From a virus (Duplodnaviria > Caudoviricetes), in the IMG/VR virus record IMGVR_UViG_3300048861_000266, positions 1-51,136 of that record: DNA of 51,136 nucleotides. The stretch is one strand, 5' to 3'. Shown in pieces: positions 1 through 9,172 of the stretch. The position numbers and the translations under genes are program-made. Position 1 is the first letter of the stretch. Each line of letters starts with the position of its first letter. Under the pieces are notes generated by a model, which saw nothing but the letters and a program-made list of their open reading frames with translations, made no database searches and was not told where the DNA came from.

Positions 1-1203
1 TCAGCCGGCTCGGATCTTTGATTTCTGCGTCGGGTGCATCCCAAAGGCCTGGACTGCACGGTCCCCTGAGCTGCTATCGGGTGTTGGTATCCATTTCCCA
101 TAGATCTTCGCGATCATCGTCCAGTCCTTGTGGCCCATCTGCGTGGCTACCCACATTGGATTTTCTCCGGCTGAGAGCAGCATCGACGCATAGGTGTGCC
201 TGGTTTGATACGGTCGACGATACCGCACGCCGGCGCGTTTGAGCGCGCGGCCCCAGTTTCGATAGATCTGGGAGTCGGTCCAGCGCTCATTATCGGCGGG
301 GTTTTGGAAGATCGCGCCTGATCCGCCCACAAATGTTGAGGCCTTTTGCTGTTTGATCACCGCGAGCGCCGGGGCCAAAAGCTTGATTTCCCTCTTCCCC
401 GCGCGCGTTTTAGTGACCTCAGGCTTTCCCTTTGCTGCCCGGGTTAGGCCACGGCGGACTGCCACATACCCGCGCAGGAAATCTACGTCGCCCCACTCGA
501 GTGCAATCAGCTCGCTGGTTCGAACGCCGGTCCAAAAGGCAAACTGCATTACTAGCGACAGTTCGCCCGGCAGTGCTGCCAGGATCGCACCCTGCTCTTC
601 TGGCGTGAAGGGATCGACATCGGTGTCGGGCCGGAGTTGCTCCTTCCGGCGGTACACCCATCCGGCCATTGGGTTCACTTCGATCAATTCGTCCGTGAGC
701 GCGTCGTCGAGCGCGGACCGTAGGCAGCTTTGGATATTGGCCAATCGTTTATTCGTGACTGGGGTCGATCTCTCTGTCCCGTATTCGTCCAGCCATTTCT
801 TTATGACCCGCCGTGTCACCTCGGGAAGCAGCAAATCCTGGAACGCCGGCGCTAGCCGGTTGTTGACGATGCTGGTGTAGCCAGCGAACGTACTGGCGGC
901 GAGATGCTTTTTCTTCCCAGCCAGCCACTCTTCCAGATACGTTTCGGCCGAGATTTTGACCTTGGCGGGCGCCGAAGTCTTCCTGGCCAGGGGGTTCTTC
1001 GACTCCGGAAACGTCGCCGCATAGTCAAAACTGCCCGTTGCGATCGCATGAAGGACCGCGCCACGATGCTGCTCCGCGCGCTTTAGGTTAGCGGGCGTGG
1101 GCTTGAGAGGGATGCGTTCCCGACACCGCTCACCGCGGTACGCGAACGATATTTCGATGCTGCTGCTCGAGGCAGGCCTAACCCCGCGTCCGTCTCTACC
1201 CAT
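1..1203 (-). CDS. int: Tyrosine integrase with N-terminal arm-binding domain
   Basis: TGVRTSEL, YQTRHTYAS and QMGH...IYGKW tyrosine-recombinase motifs. Confidence 0.95.
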   Translation of the reverse strand: MGRDGRGVRPASSSSIEISFAYRGERCRERIPLKPTPANLKRAEQHRGAVLHAIATGSFDYAATFPESKNPLARKTSAPAKVKISAETYLEEWLAGKKKHLAASTFAGYTSIVNNRLAPAFQDLLLPEVTRRVIKKWLDEYGTERSTPVTNKRLANIQSCLRSALDDALTDELIEVNPMAGWVYRRKEQLRPDTDVDPFTPEEQGAILAALPGELSLVMQFAFWTGVRTSELIALEWGDVDFLRGYVAVRRGLTRAAKGKPEVTKTRAGKREIKLLAPALAVIKQQKASTFVGGSGAIFQNPADNERWTDSQIYRNWGRALKRAGVRYRRPYQTRHTYASMLLSAGENPMWVATQMGHKDWTMIAKIYGKWIPTPDSSSGDRAVQAFGMHPTQKSKIRAG

Positions 1204-1361
1204 TTTTCGTATCCTACGATGTCAATGAGGACGCGCCCGTCGGGCGCATACTTCCATTCTTTGCCTTCGGCCCAAATGCCATCTCGGATCTTTGAACGAA
1301 TGGCATCCTGGCTGTATCCAGATTTGGCCGCGTGCATCGCAATAGTCACGTACCGGGTCAT
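1083..1361 (-). CDS. xis: Excisionase
   Basis: Small protein (SGYSQDAIRSKIRDGIW...APDGRVLID) overlapping the int 5' end; start could be 1361 or 1373. Confidence 0.8.
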   Translation of the reverse strand: MTRYVTIAMHAAKSGYSQDAIRSKIRDGIWAEGKEWKYAPDGRVLIDIVGYEKWVETDAGLGLPRAAASKYRSRTAVSGVGNASLSSPRPLT

Positions 1362-1458
1362 TGAAGCCCCCATGAATGCTGCGTCGTTCTAAGGAACCGG
1401 CGCAAAATAAACCCGGCGCATGGCCGGGGCTGTTCGGGCGGTGAATGGGATGGGTTGG

Positions 1459-2094
1459 TCATAGCTCGGCGCAGGCCTGGGCATACGCGGCGTTGATCTC
1501 CGCCATTGCGGCGTCGGTACCGCCCTTGTCCGGATGGTGCACGCTGGCGAGGCGCCGGCGCGCGTTGGCAGCTTCGTCAATGGTCGGTCGGCTGCCTTCG
1601 AGGAAGCCCAGGACATTGCGCCAGGTGCGCGCCGGGGCGGGCGCGGCCAGCGCGGTGAATCCCGTGAAGGCACGTTCGAGGATCCTGGCGCCGCCATGCC
1701 GCTCCACGGCCCGCAGCGCTTCCAGCGTGGCGGCGATCGCGGCCAGGTTGTCGGCCACGCGCTGGTATTGGTCGATGGCCAGGACGCGCCGCGCGCCGCC
1801 GCGCTCTTGCCAGTAGACGGCGGCGCCGCTGTCGTCCGGTTCGCGCGCGCCAGAGCGCGGGAGACCGTCTATTCGAGTGGGCACGTCACTGGAGACGATG
1901 ACGTCTTGCCTTTCGATGCCCATGCGCGCCAGCTCGTCCAGCACGCGACCAAGGCCTTCGGCCAGCGTAAGCCGGGCGGATACTTTCCAAGAGCCGTACT
2001 GAGCCGGTTTTTTCTTTGCGAACCGTGAGGCTTGGCGCTCCGAGATCGACGTGCGTGGCCAGGCAGAAGGCCACGACAGGGGGTATGCATGCAT
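1459..2094 (-). CDS. Phage protein with C-terminal DnaJ J-domain
   Basis: C-terminal RRLASVHHPDKGG...MAEINAAY with the HPD motif. Confidence 0.85.
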   Translation of the reverse strand: MHAYPLSWPSAWPRTSISERQASRFAKKKPAQYGSWKVSARLTLAEGLGRVLDELARMGIERQDVIVSSDVPTRIDGLPRSGAREPDDSGAAVYWQERGGARRVLAIDQYQRVADNLAAIAATLEALRAVERHGGARILERAFTGFTALAAPAPARTWRNVLGFLEGSRPTIDEAANARRRLASVHHPDKGGTDAAMAEINAAYAQACAEL

Positions 2095-2095
2095 G

Positions 2096-2173
2096 TCAGT
2101 CCTTTGCGTGGCGGCACATGGCCATGATGAGGTAGAGGAAGCACAGGTAGCCGAGAATGCAGGTGGCGATCAT
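2096..2173 (-). CDS. 25-aa hydrophobic peptide
   Basis: MIATCILGYLCFLYLIMAMCRHAKD; ATGA overlap with upstream gene and AGGAG SD. Confidence 0.5.
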   Translation of the reverse strand: MIATCILGYLCFLYLIMAMCRHAKD

Positions 2174-2382
2174 CGTCTGCCTCTCCTTTTTCGAACTATG
2201 TGAGTGATGACGTGGACGCTGATTTCCAACTTGCGAGCGATCTCGCATTGGCGCATGCCAGGGTCCAAAAGGCGCGCGACTTCATCGGCCTGGCTCTCGG
2301 TGATAGAGCGCGGAGCGCTGGCGATCTTGCGCCGCGGAAGTCGGAAGGTCAGTAGGGCGGAAAAGGGGTCATAGGTCTGCAT
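2170..2382 (-). CDS. Small HTH protein
   Basis: GMRQCEIARKLEISVHVITHIV HTH pattern. Confidence 0.65.
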   Translation of the reverse strand: MQTYDPFSALLTFRLPRRKIASAPRSITESQADEVARLLDPGMRQCEIARKLEISVHVITHIVRKRRGRR

Positions 2383-2581
2383 GTTCTTTGCTCGATTTGT
2401 CGATCGCTTCGGAGAGGGCGTCTAGGAAGTTCAACATCGGATTGACACCCACTAGGCGATACATGATCGTGAATATGAGTTGATCCGCGATCTTGCGGGC
2501 ATGCGTGGCAAGAAGTTGCCTGAAGGCCAGCTTGGCGCCTACGCGATTGGCCACATACTTTCGACGCATTCGCATCTTCAT
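2369..2581 (-). CDS. Hypothetical phage protein
   Basis: Overlaps both neighbours in the leftward operon. Confidence 0.5.
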   Translation of the reverse strand: MKMRMRRKYVANRVGAKLAFRQLLATHARKIADQLIFTIMYRLVGVNPMLNFLDALSEAIDKSSKEHADL

Positions 2582-2976
2582 GGAAGTACCTCCGGTGGTG
2601 CTTTTGTGTGCTCCTTGACGATGGCGGCGGCGCGGCGAAGGTCGCCCACGGTGAACTTAGCCAGGTTGCAATTCGTTCCGGTCTGCCCGAACGGCGGTCG
2701 GTATCCAGCTTCCGTGGCTTTCCATTCGGCGGCATCAGCAGCAAACGGCCGCAGCGCATCCACCGCCTCCGCCAGCTTCGCGGCGAGGGTGTCACGCTCG
2801 GCTATCAGCGGGGCGATGACCGTCCGCATCTGGTCAGCGGTATACATGGCGACGACGTCGGGATCGCCTGCGGCCGAGTCGATCACTTCTTCCCACGTAC
2901 CCCAGCCTTTGTTTAGCGCGAAATTGGCGGTCGGCTCCGGCAGTTCCGCCGGCGCGGCTTTGGTCTGGTCAGCCAT
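2578..2976 (-). CDS. Hypothetical phage protein
   Basis: AAGGAG SD; ATGA overlap with the next gene. Confidence 0.65.
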   Translation of the reverse strand: MADQTKAAPAELPEPTANFALNKGWGTWEEVIDSAAGDPDVVAMYTADQMRTVIAPLIAERDTLAAKLAEAVDALRPFAADAAEWKATEAGYRPPFGQTGTNCNLAKFTVGDLRRAAAIVKEHTKAPPEVLP

Positions 2977-3049
2977 GGGCGGCTCCTTGGAGAGTGGCCA
3001 GGCCGTGACGCCTGGCTATAGAATGACCGGTCCCCCGCAGGAGGCTGCT

Positions 3050-3223
3050 ATGTGGAAATGCAGAAAATGCTTTGCCGATGTTGAATTCGCGGCGGTTGAA
3101 CCTGAGGTCGACAATGACGGCTGTTACTTCATCTGCCCGGACTGCGGGAACAGGAATGCACTGTTCAACGTAGGCGGGGGTGGCGACGATGACCCCATCG
3201 CGCTGACGCAATTGGATTCGTAG
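3050..3223 (+). CDS. Small zinc-ribbon protein (antisense moron)
   Basis: MWKCRKC...CPDCGNRN; AGGAGG SD; TAGAAT -10-like box at 3018-3023. Confidence 0.75.
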   Translation: MWKCRKCFADVEFAAVEPEVDNDGCYFICPDCGNRNALFNVGGGGDDDPIALTQLDS

Positions 3224-3361
3224 GCCTCTCGCACTGCACCCCCTTGCTTGCTGGCGCAGTGCGCATCCGCCAGCGCGGTGCCGCGGCGAGATTGTCCGAT
3301 CGCCATTAGTGGCCTCGTATGGTTGGTCGTACACTAGACGCGAGTCCTGGAAGGTGGCGCT

Positions 3362-3604
3362 GTGGCGGATATAAAGATCGTTGGCCCGTACAAGGGGCTC
3401 TACATCAGAGTGGAAACGCGTCACGATTGGGTCGGAACGGCTTGGTCCTTTGCCAGGATCTTTGCCGATGAGGCTGATGCCGGGTCCAATGAAAACTGCG
3501 TAGACGAGACGCTCGGCCCGCCAGCGGTTGACCCGAACGACGCGCGGAAGAACAGCCTCGAGGCAGCCTACCGTTTGATTGATGCCTTGCCCCGTAGTGA
3601 CTAG
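3362..3604 (+). CDS. Hypothetical protein (antisense moron)
   Basis: GTG start after GAAGGT; TACACT -10-like box at 3330-3335. Confidence 0.6.
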   Translation: MADIKIVGPYKGLYIRVETRHDWVGTAWSFARIFADEADAGSNENCVDETLGPPAVDPNDARKNSLEAAYRLIDALPRSD

Positions 3605-3729
3605 GCGGGCCTTCGTGAGCCCACCTGCACTGGCCACTCGTTGGCGTAGAACGCGCAGACTCCTTCCAACAGTTGCAAGTCGGCCGTCATCGCCGCGTTC
3701 GGGGCCTTCTCGGCCAAAGTCGATTTCCG

Positions 3730-3978
3730 TCATGGCGTTCCCTTGAGAGTGATGGTCACAGGCCCATGCCGCATGTCGCCGGTCATCGTGCCATCCAGTT
3801 GTTCTTTTTCTTCGGCGCAAAGATTGCGCCACTTGGCGATGGCGAAGTCGCCCTTGAGGACGCCTCGCATGCCGCCTATCTGCGTCGGCCCGACCGAATA
3901 ACCGTTAGAGGCCAACCACGTCTCAGCGGCATGCTTTGCCTCGAATTGCTCTTCCCGGTGAAAAGTGATCGTCGTCAT
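3730..3978 (-). CDS. Hypothetical phage protein
   Basis: ATGA overlap with upstream gene; GGAG SD. Confidence 0.7.
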   Translation of the reverse strand: MTTITFHREEQFEAKHAAETWLASNGYSVGPTQIGGMRGVLKGDFAIAKWRNLCAEEKEQLDGTMTGDMRHGPVTITLKGTP

Positions 3979-4760
3979 TCGGCATGCTCCATTTCCGCCT
4001 TGATCTGCGTATGCTCGCCGGTGTCGATGCGCCGAAAGCAGACGACCCAGACCCACGGGTTTCTGTCCCAGTCTCCGACGCCGTTGATCGAATCCCAGAG
4101 GAGCGCGTAGCCGTTGCGATACGGGCTCTCGGCTTCCTTCAGAGGCCCGCAAAGGAGAGCGCTTTCCGCTTCGCTAAGTCCGCCGACCTCAAACGGTTCC
4201 GTTCCTTCTGCGCGCGCGTCGGCTTCGGTGATGGCCTGAAGTCGCTCGACGCGCACCTCCGTGATTTCGAGCGGGATGCGGCTGGCCCAGCGCGGCATGT
4301 GGATAGATGGGCGCAATTTTCGGTGAGCTGCTATCACGTCGGCAGGGAAACCGTAAGGAAGCTGGTCAAGCGAAATCAAATGACTCCGGGCGGCGTCTGG
4401 ATCCGCCGCGTAAACGGCATACTCCGAATGACCATCGTCGGTTAGGTAATGAGATTCGCGCACCCAGAGCCGATCTCCGGGCTGGCCATAGGGGCACTTC
4501 CGGGCTTCCTCCTCATCGGAGGCGCCGAAGACTTCCGGCCCGGGCTCCTCGTGCCCCGCGCGGTTAATTTGGATCGGGTGGTAGTGCAAGACGACAGGCG
4601 CCCACATCGAGCGCGGCTGCGTTTTGACGATCCGCCGCGTCTGCGTCTTCTCGCCGGCCAGGAGGGCGCGCACCATGGCGCCGTTGAATAGGATGGGGCG
4701 CTCTTTGACCTGGGCGACAGTTCCTGGCGGGGAGGCCGATTCATTCTTATTGCGTGCCAT
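3975..4760 (-). CDS. ASCH-like phage protein
   Basis: ERPILFNGAMVRALLAGEKTQTRR, CPYGQPGDRLWVRE, PSIHMPRWASRI and NPWVWV motifs. Confidence 0.8.
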   Translation of the reverse strand: MARNKNESASPPGTVAQVKERPILFNGAMVRALLAGEKTQTRRIVKTQPRSMWAPVVLHYHPIQINRAGHEEPGPEVFGASDEEEARKCPYGQPGDRLWVRESHYLTDDGHSEYAVYAADPDAARSHLISLDQLPYGFPADVIAAHRKLRPSIHMPRWASRIPLEITEVRVERLQAITEADARAEGTEPFEVGGLSEAESALLCGPLKEAESPYRNGYALLWDSINGVGDWDRNPWVWVVCFRRIDTGEHTQIKAEMEHAE

Positions 4761-4882
4761 TGTTCTATCTCCGATTTTTCGTTCGTCGCCGCGGCGGCGC
4801 GTGGGAATGCCACGCCCACATGCCGCTGGGGCGCTCAATGAAACGTTTGTGTGGCGATCCGTAGGCGCCAGCTGTCGGCGCG

Positions 4883-4897
4883 GGCACTGCATTTGCT
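4883..4897 (+). promoter_or_regulatory. Putative sigma-54 promoter
   Basis: GGCAC-TGCAT-TTGCT gives exact GG-N10-GC spacing upstream of the 4941 gene. Confidence 0.6.
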
Positions 4898-4940
4898 GCT
4901 CGCTTGGGCCGCCGGGTTGCCGGCAACTTCGGAGAAAGCA

Positions 4941-5117
4941 ATGTCTGACGACAAGAACAACCGGGGCGCTCAGGACCGCTCAAGAATCAACATCAATGAG
5001 GACTATGAATTGCGGTATTGGTCCGAGAAGTTCGGCGTGACACCGGTGCGCATTAAAGATGCAGTAAATGCCGTAGGCCCGATGGCCGACAAGGTAGAGC
5101 AGTTCCTCAAGGAATAG
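4941..5117 (+). CDS. DUF3606-like small protein (antisense moron)
   Basis: DRSRININEDYELRYWSEKFGVT...AVNAVG motif; GGAG SD. Confidence 0.85.
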   Translation: MSDDKNNRGAQDRSRININEDYELRYWSEKFGVTPVRIKDAVNAVGPMADKVEQFLKE

Positions 5118-5233
5118 CCGGATGCCTGCGGCTCGCGGGTGGGGTGCCTCTCGGCAATCATCGATGCATGTCCGCTCAAGCTGACGACTTGATGGGGGGT
5201 CGAAATGGCATTCCTCAACAAAGGAGAGACACG

Positions 5234-6013
5234 ATGCAAAAGCTGCTAAACGCCCTAAAGAAGCGTCAGGACCTTGCACTCGGGTTGATAATGGGCGCGG
5301 CGATTGGCTGGATCATCTCAACAGCCCCGGGATGGATGCGCGCCACGGCCGAAACGCAGTGGTGGAATATTGCCTCTGCCATTGGCACCCTCGCGGCTGT
5401 GTGCGTAGCCCTTTTCCTGGCCCGGAGTAAGGATGCCCGACGCTCCGGTGAATTAGGCAGTATTGGGGAAATAGTCGACGCGGTCGTGAAGCCCGAAGTC
5501 GCCGAATTGCTGGAAACCCTCGAGCGAATGGCTGCGACGATCCAACTGATCGAAGAGCTCTCCAAGGGAGATGTCCGCGCCTCCGTCGGCATGACACCAG
5601 CAGAGCAAATCGATCAGGAACGTCTATCGCTGCGCGTGCTCTCGGGGCGACTGCGTTTGGATGCCTGCGAGCGTGTATTTGATCGCCTGCATCGACTTCC
5701 GAGCGGGCGGGGGCTCTATGTCGCCGGCCTATTCCCGTTGGTCCGCTCCTGCGCCAATGTCTGTGCATCCTTAGGTCAACCCAATCTGAATAGGCTGCTC
5801 GCGGCCATGCTGAAACAAGACGCCAAGGTGTTCATCGGAAGCGCTGCGGTCCAAGCATGCCAGGTGCTCGACATCGACCCTCAAGGCCAGCGGGTGGCCG
5901 CTCTTGCGGGAGCGATGCGCTTGGCCCAAAAGCAGAGACGGGCGCCGGAAACGCCCGAGGATTTGTCGGGCGCGACATTTACGGGTGACGAAGGGCCCCA
6001 CGACTCTGGCTAG
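5234..6013 (+). CDS. Membrane-anchored hypothetical protein (antisense moron)
   Basis: AAGGAG SD; two N-terminal hydrophobic segments followed by a helical domain. Confidence 0.75.
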   Translation: MQKLLNALKKRQDLALGLIMGAAIGWIISTAPGWMRATAETQWWNIASAIGTLAAVCVALFLARSKDARRSGELGSIGEIVDAVVKPEVAELLETLERMAATIQLIEELSKGDVRASVGMTPAEQIDQERLSLRVLSGRLRLDACERVFDRLHRLPSGRGLYVAGLFPLVRSCANVCASLGQPNLNRLLAAMLKQDAKVFIGSAAVQACQVLDIDPQGQRVAALAGAMRLAQKQRRAPETPEDLSGATFTGDEGPHDSG

Positions 6014-6081
6014 CCGAATCTGCAAGCGGGTATCCTTTTGGTAGAGAATGCCAAAATAGCTGACTCCTGCTTCGGGCCGCT

Positions 6082-7218
6082 TCATGTGGACAAGAGCCGG
6101 CGCGATCCGGCGCTGTCCATCGGAGAAACGATTCGCGCCGCCTCCATGCTCTCAATCAATCGTGCGGCCCGGTTGTAGCCAATCTGCAGGTGCCGCTGCA
6201 CCAGACTGATAGAAGCCCGTCCGTTGGCCCTCACCGTTCTCACAGCATCTTCGTAAAGCGGGTCTTGCTCGGCGATGGTCTCGGCGGCCGGTGCGCTGCT
6301 GACCGCCGGTGCATGTGCTTCGCCAGCCTTCTCGCCGCCGAGCGCCAGCAGCATGTCATCGAGCAGCTTGGCCAGCTCGCCGGCCATGAGCACGAAATCC
6401 GAATCAAATTGCTCGTCTTCGGTGGCGGCCGCCTGTTCGGCGCCCTCCTTGAGCACATCCAGCGGCGCGATGCGCTTGATGTCCAGCGCTTCGGTGAGCA
6501 CGAAGGAGACGCGATCCGCCCAGGTCATGGCCAGGCGAGTGCACTGCTTCCCGGATTGGATGTGGCGCCGCGCGTCGGCGGCATCCACCGAGTGCTTCAC
6601 ATAGCGGATGGCGGCGCGGCTCTCGCCGCTGGCCCGAAGCTCGGTATCCTGGTCGATTGAAAAGTTAGCCGGAGCCTCGTCGGCCGCCAGCCAGTTAGTC
6701 ATGGCCGCCGCGGGGGACAGTGCAACGAATAAGCTCTCGACCGGGAAGGGATTCAGGGACTTCCCCAGAAAGCCCAACACTTCGTCAGCTTTGGCGGAAG
6801 CGCTGGTGTCGATCGCCAGCCAGCGATTCACCGGGTCGACCCAGACGCGCGTGTCGCGGTAAACGCTGAAAGCCTTGGGCAGTAGTTCGTCGGTGACGCG
6901 CTCCTTGATCTCCTTTAACTGCTTGCGACCCGGCTTGTAGCCCTGGGCCTCCTCGATGTCCTGCGCGCGGGCCTTCGTCGTCTGATTGATGACGGAGGCC
7001 GGCAACAGCTTTTTCTCGGCGCGCAGCGTCAGCAGCATCTGGCGGTTGACCGTGTGGACGAGACCGCCGCCGGCGCGCGGCGGGATCCAGCCCAGCGTTT
7101 GCACTTCGAGTGCGTTGCCGGGCTTGAACTCGCGGGGCGCGAGCGCGTCTTCGAGGGCGTCGGGCGTGAGCGCCCAGCCGGCGGCGAGCCGGTACAGCTT
7201 CAGGCTTTTAAACCACAT
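6082..7218 (-). CDS. rdgC: RdgC recombination-associated protein fused to C-terminal FtsK gamma domain
   Basis: [11 protein letters not shown]...EKKLLP...ELLPKAF RdgC motifs; C-terminal DPLYEDAV...[25 protein letters not shown]. Confidence 0.9.
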   Translation of the reverse strand: MWFKSLKLYRLAAGWALTPDALEDALAPREFKPGNALEVQTLGWIPPRAGGGLVHTVNRQMLLTLRAEKKLLPASVINQTTKARAQDIEEAQGYKPGRKQLKEIKERVTDELLPKAFSVYRDTRVWVDPVNRWLAIDTSASAKADEVLGFLGKSLNPFPVESLFVALSPAAAMTNWLAADEAPANFSIDQDTELRASGESRAAIRYVKHSVDAADARRHIQSGKQCTRLAMTWADRVSFVLTEALDIKRIAPLDVLKEGAEQAAATEDEQFDSDFVLMAGELAKLLDDMLLALGGEKAGEAHAPAVSSAPAAETIAEQDPLYEDAVRTVRANGRASISLVQRHLQIGYNRAARLIESMEAARIVSPMDSAGSRRLLST

Positions 7219-7295
7219 TTGATATTCCAGTTGTTCTGTCGAGCAAGAGGGACCGTATGATCGCGGTTGGCTACCGGACCGTAAGGCAGAAAGGC

Positions 7296-8066
7296 ATGGC
7301 ATTCATTCGCTTCACCAAATGCTGTTGGATATTCGCCGCCGTCGCGTCGGCGGCCATGCTTGTGTGGGTGGCATGGAAGGAAGGGCTTACCTCAGCGATC
7401 ATGGCGGGATGGGTGCAAGCGATTGGGGGAGTCTGGACCATCGGCGCAGCCGTCTGGACCTACTTTTCCCAGGCGGCTTCGAAGGACCGAGAAGGCATCT
7501 TGCAAGCACGCCAGGGACATCTAGCGCTGCTTGAGGGGCTCCATGCGGAGCTCACCGTGCTATCGGAGTACTTCCGCCTTCAGTTCGATGAGATGCTGTC
7601 TGCGGCAAACGTGGGGAAGCCATTGAATTATTTCTTCCAGGCGTCCGACAGCCCGTTTCCTGTGTTCGACTCGGTAGTCCACGACATCGGGTCTTTGGGC
7701 GAACCGAATCTCTGCCGCCAAATAATTAAAACCTACGGTAGAGGGCGCGGGTTCATCAGCTACATGAACGCGAACAATAAATTCATGCAAGCGGTCGAAG
7801 ATAGGACGGCCAGCGCGATGGCTGCATACCCTGGCGACGAAATAATTTCTCAGTTCGAGGCATTGCCGCCGGATGAGAAAGTGCCTGTGCCCCATCACAT
7901 CGCCATGTTCCAGGTGTTGCGTCAAAAAGAGGTAAGCGCTCATGACGCACACGTTCAGATCAGTGACCGAATTCGAAAACTCTCCGTCGACCTGCAAGAG
8001 CAAATCTCCACACTGCAAGATATGTTGAAGACTGCGATCGAGCGCCGGGCGGAACTGGATCGCTAA
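7296..8066 (+). CDS. Membrane-anchored hypothetical protein (antisense moron)
   Basis: Two N-terminal TM segments (GWVQAIGG), lower GC; stop overlaps the ssb stop convergently. Confidence 0.75.
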   Translation: MAFIRFTKCCWIFAAVASAAMLVWVAWKEGLTSAIMAGWVQAIGGVWTIGAAVWTYFSQAASKDREGILQARQGHLALLEGLHAELTVLSEYFRLQFDEMLSAANVGKPLNYFFQASDSPFPVFDSVVHDIGSLGEPNLCRQIIKTYGRGRGFISYMNANNKFMQAVEDRTASAMAAYPGDEIISQFEALPPDEKVPVPHHIAMFQVLRQKEVSAHDAHVQISDRIRKLSVDLQEQISTLQDMLKTAIERRAELDR

Positions 8067-8500
8067 AAGGGGATGTCGTCGTCCATGTCGGCCAGGTTCG
8101 CGGCGGGCCTGGCCGGAGCTTGCGCTGGCGCGCGCTGCGGCGCTGGCCGTGGCGCTGGCGCCTGCTGGCCCTCCGGTCGGGACGCGGCTCCAGCAAACTC
8201 GATGTTGATCACGCGACCAACGAGCTTGTGGCCGGGAGCGCCGTCGCTGCGTGTGAAGGTCTCGACGTGGACTTCGTCAACCGTCACACACAAAGGCGTG
8301 CTCTTCAGAAGAAAAGGCGCCATCGACTCAGCGCGTGGCCCCCACAGGCTAGCGTCGACCCACTGGGTAGGCCGATTGCCATCGGCTCCCTTCTTGCCGT
8401 AGGAGAAGGCGAGGGCGAGGTTGGCGACCGCCTGGCTTTCGGCGGTGTAGCGGACTTCCACATCGCGGCCGAGACGCGCGAATCCGAATAGTTGGGGCAT
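8063..8500 (-). CDS. ssb: Single-stranded DNA-binding protein
   Basis: ARLGRDVEVRYT OB-fold start and acidic DDDIPF tail. Confidence 0.95.
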   Translation of the reverse strand: MPQLFGFARLGRDVEVRYTAESQAVANLALAFSYGKKGADGNRPTQWVDASLWGPRAESMAPFLLKSTPLCVTVDEVHVETFTRSDGAPGHKLVGRVINIEFAGAASRPEGQQAPAPRPAPQRAPAQAPARPAANLADMDDDIPF

Positions 8501-9172
8501 TTATGCTGCTTCCTTTTGACGTTGGGGGTGGCAGGCGTCGAACTCTTCGATCACCTCGGCGAAATACTCACGAGCGGCTTGCACACGCGCTTGCATCTGG
8601 CGCTCTTTCTCGAAATCGCGCTCGATGACCCAGCTGGTAAGGCGGTGATGTTCGGGAATATGAGAAACGAGGTGCGCCTGCAGGGGCTCAAAACCAATGA
8701 GACGCTCCGGCGTGTCCACGAGCGCGTAATTGACCTCCCATTCATCGGCGCCCCAAAGCCACATGTAGCCGCGCATCTGCCATTCGTAGACGCTGTCCTT
8801 GCAGTCCACCAGCCAGCCGGGAAACGTCTTGGCCGACCACGACGACTTTAGATCGTGCCCGCGGCGCCGCGATGCGTCGTACAGATCGCACTCGCCGGTA
8901 ATCCAATCATTCGAGCGCCGCTCGGCGTTTTTGGTGAGCGCCAAGCCCCGGACGCGATTGAGCAAGGCGATCGATTCGTCTTCGACCGTGAGCCCCTTCT
9001 CTGTCTCTTTGCTGGAGAATTCGAAGTCGATGCCGAAGATCTCTTGCTGGGCCAGTTCCCGGATATAGGTCTTGGCCCCGACCGAAAGAATTTCGCCCGC
9101 CTTGACCGCAGCGGCGGTAGGCGAGGCCATGATCTTGCCGATGCTCGAGCACCTGAATAGAATTTCACGCAT
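8501..9172 (-). CDS. PD-(D/E)xK phage recombination exonuclease (YqaJ/lambda-exo-like)
   Basis: TGECD...DLKSSW...YEWQMRGYMWL; adjacent to ERF and SSB. Confidence 0.8.
   Translation of the reverse strand: MREILFRCSSIGKIMASPTAAAVKAGEILSVGAKTYIRELAQQEIFGIDFEFSSKETEKGLTVEDESIALLNRVRGLALTKNAERRSNDWITGECDLYDASRRRGHDLKSSWSAKTFPGWLVDCKDSVYEWQMRGYMWLWGADEWEVNYALVDTPERLIGFEPLQAHLVSHIPEHHRLTSWVIERDFEKERQMQARVQAAREYFAEVIEEFDACHPQRQKEAA

Noticed and set aside
1-60. attL/attR core
   Set aside because: The window is trimmed at the int and spanin stop codons, so flanks are absent.
4765-6085. Chain of abutting minus-strand ORFs (6085-5771, 5768-5313, 5279-4980, 4983-4765)
   Set aside because: Translations look like shadow frames of the plus-strand morons; most lack SDs, and such chains can arise by chance in GC-rich DNA.
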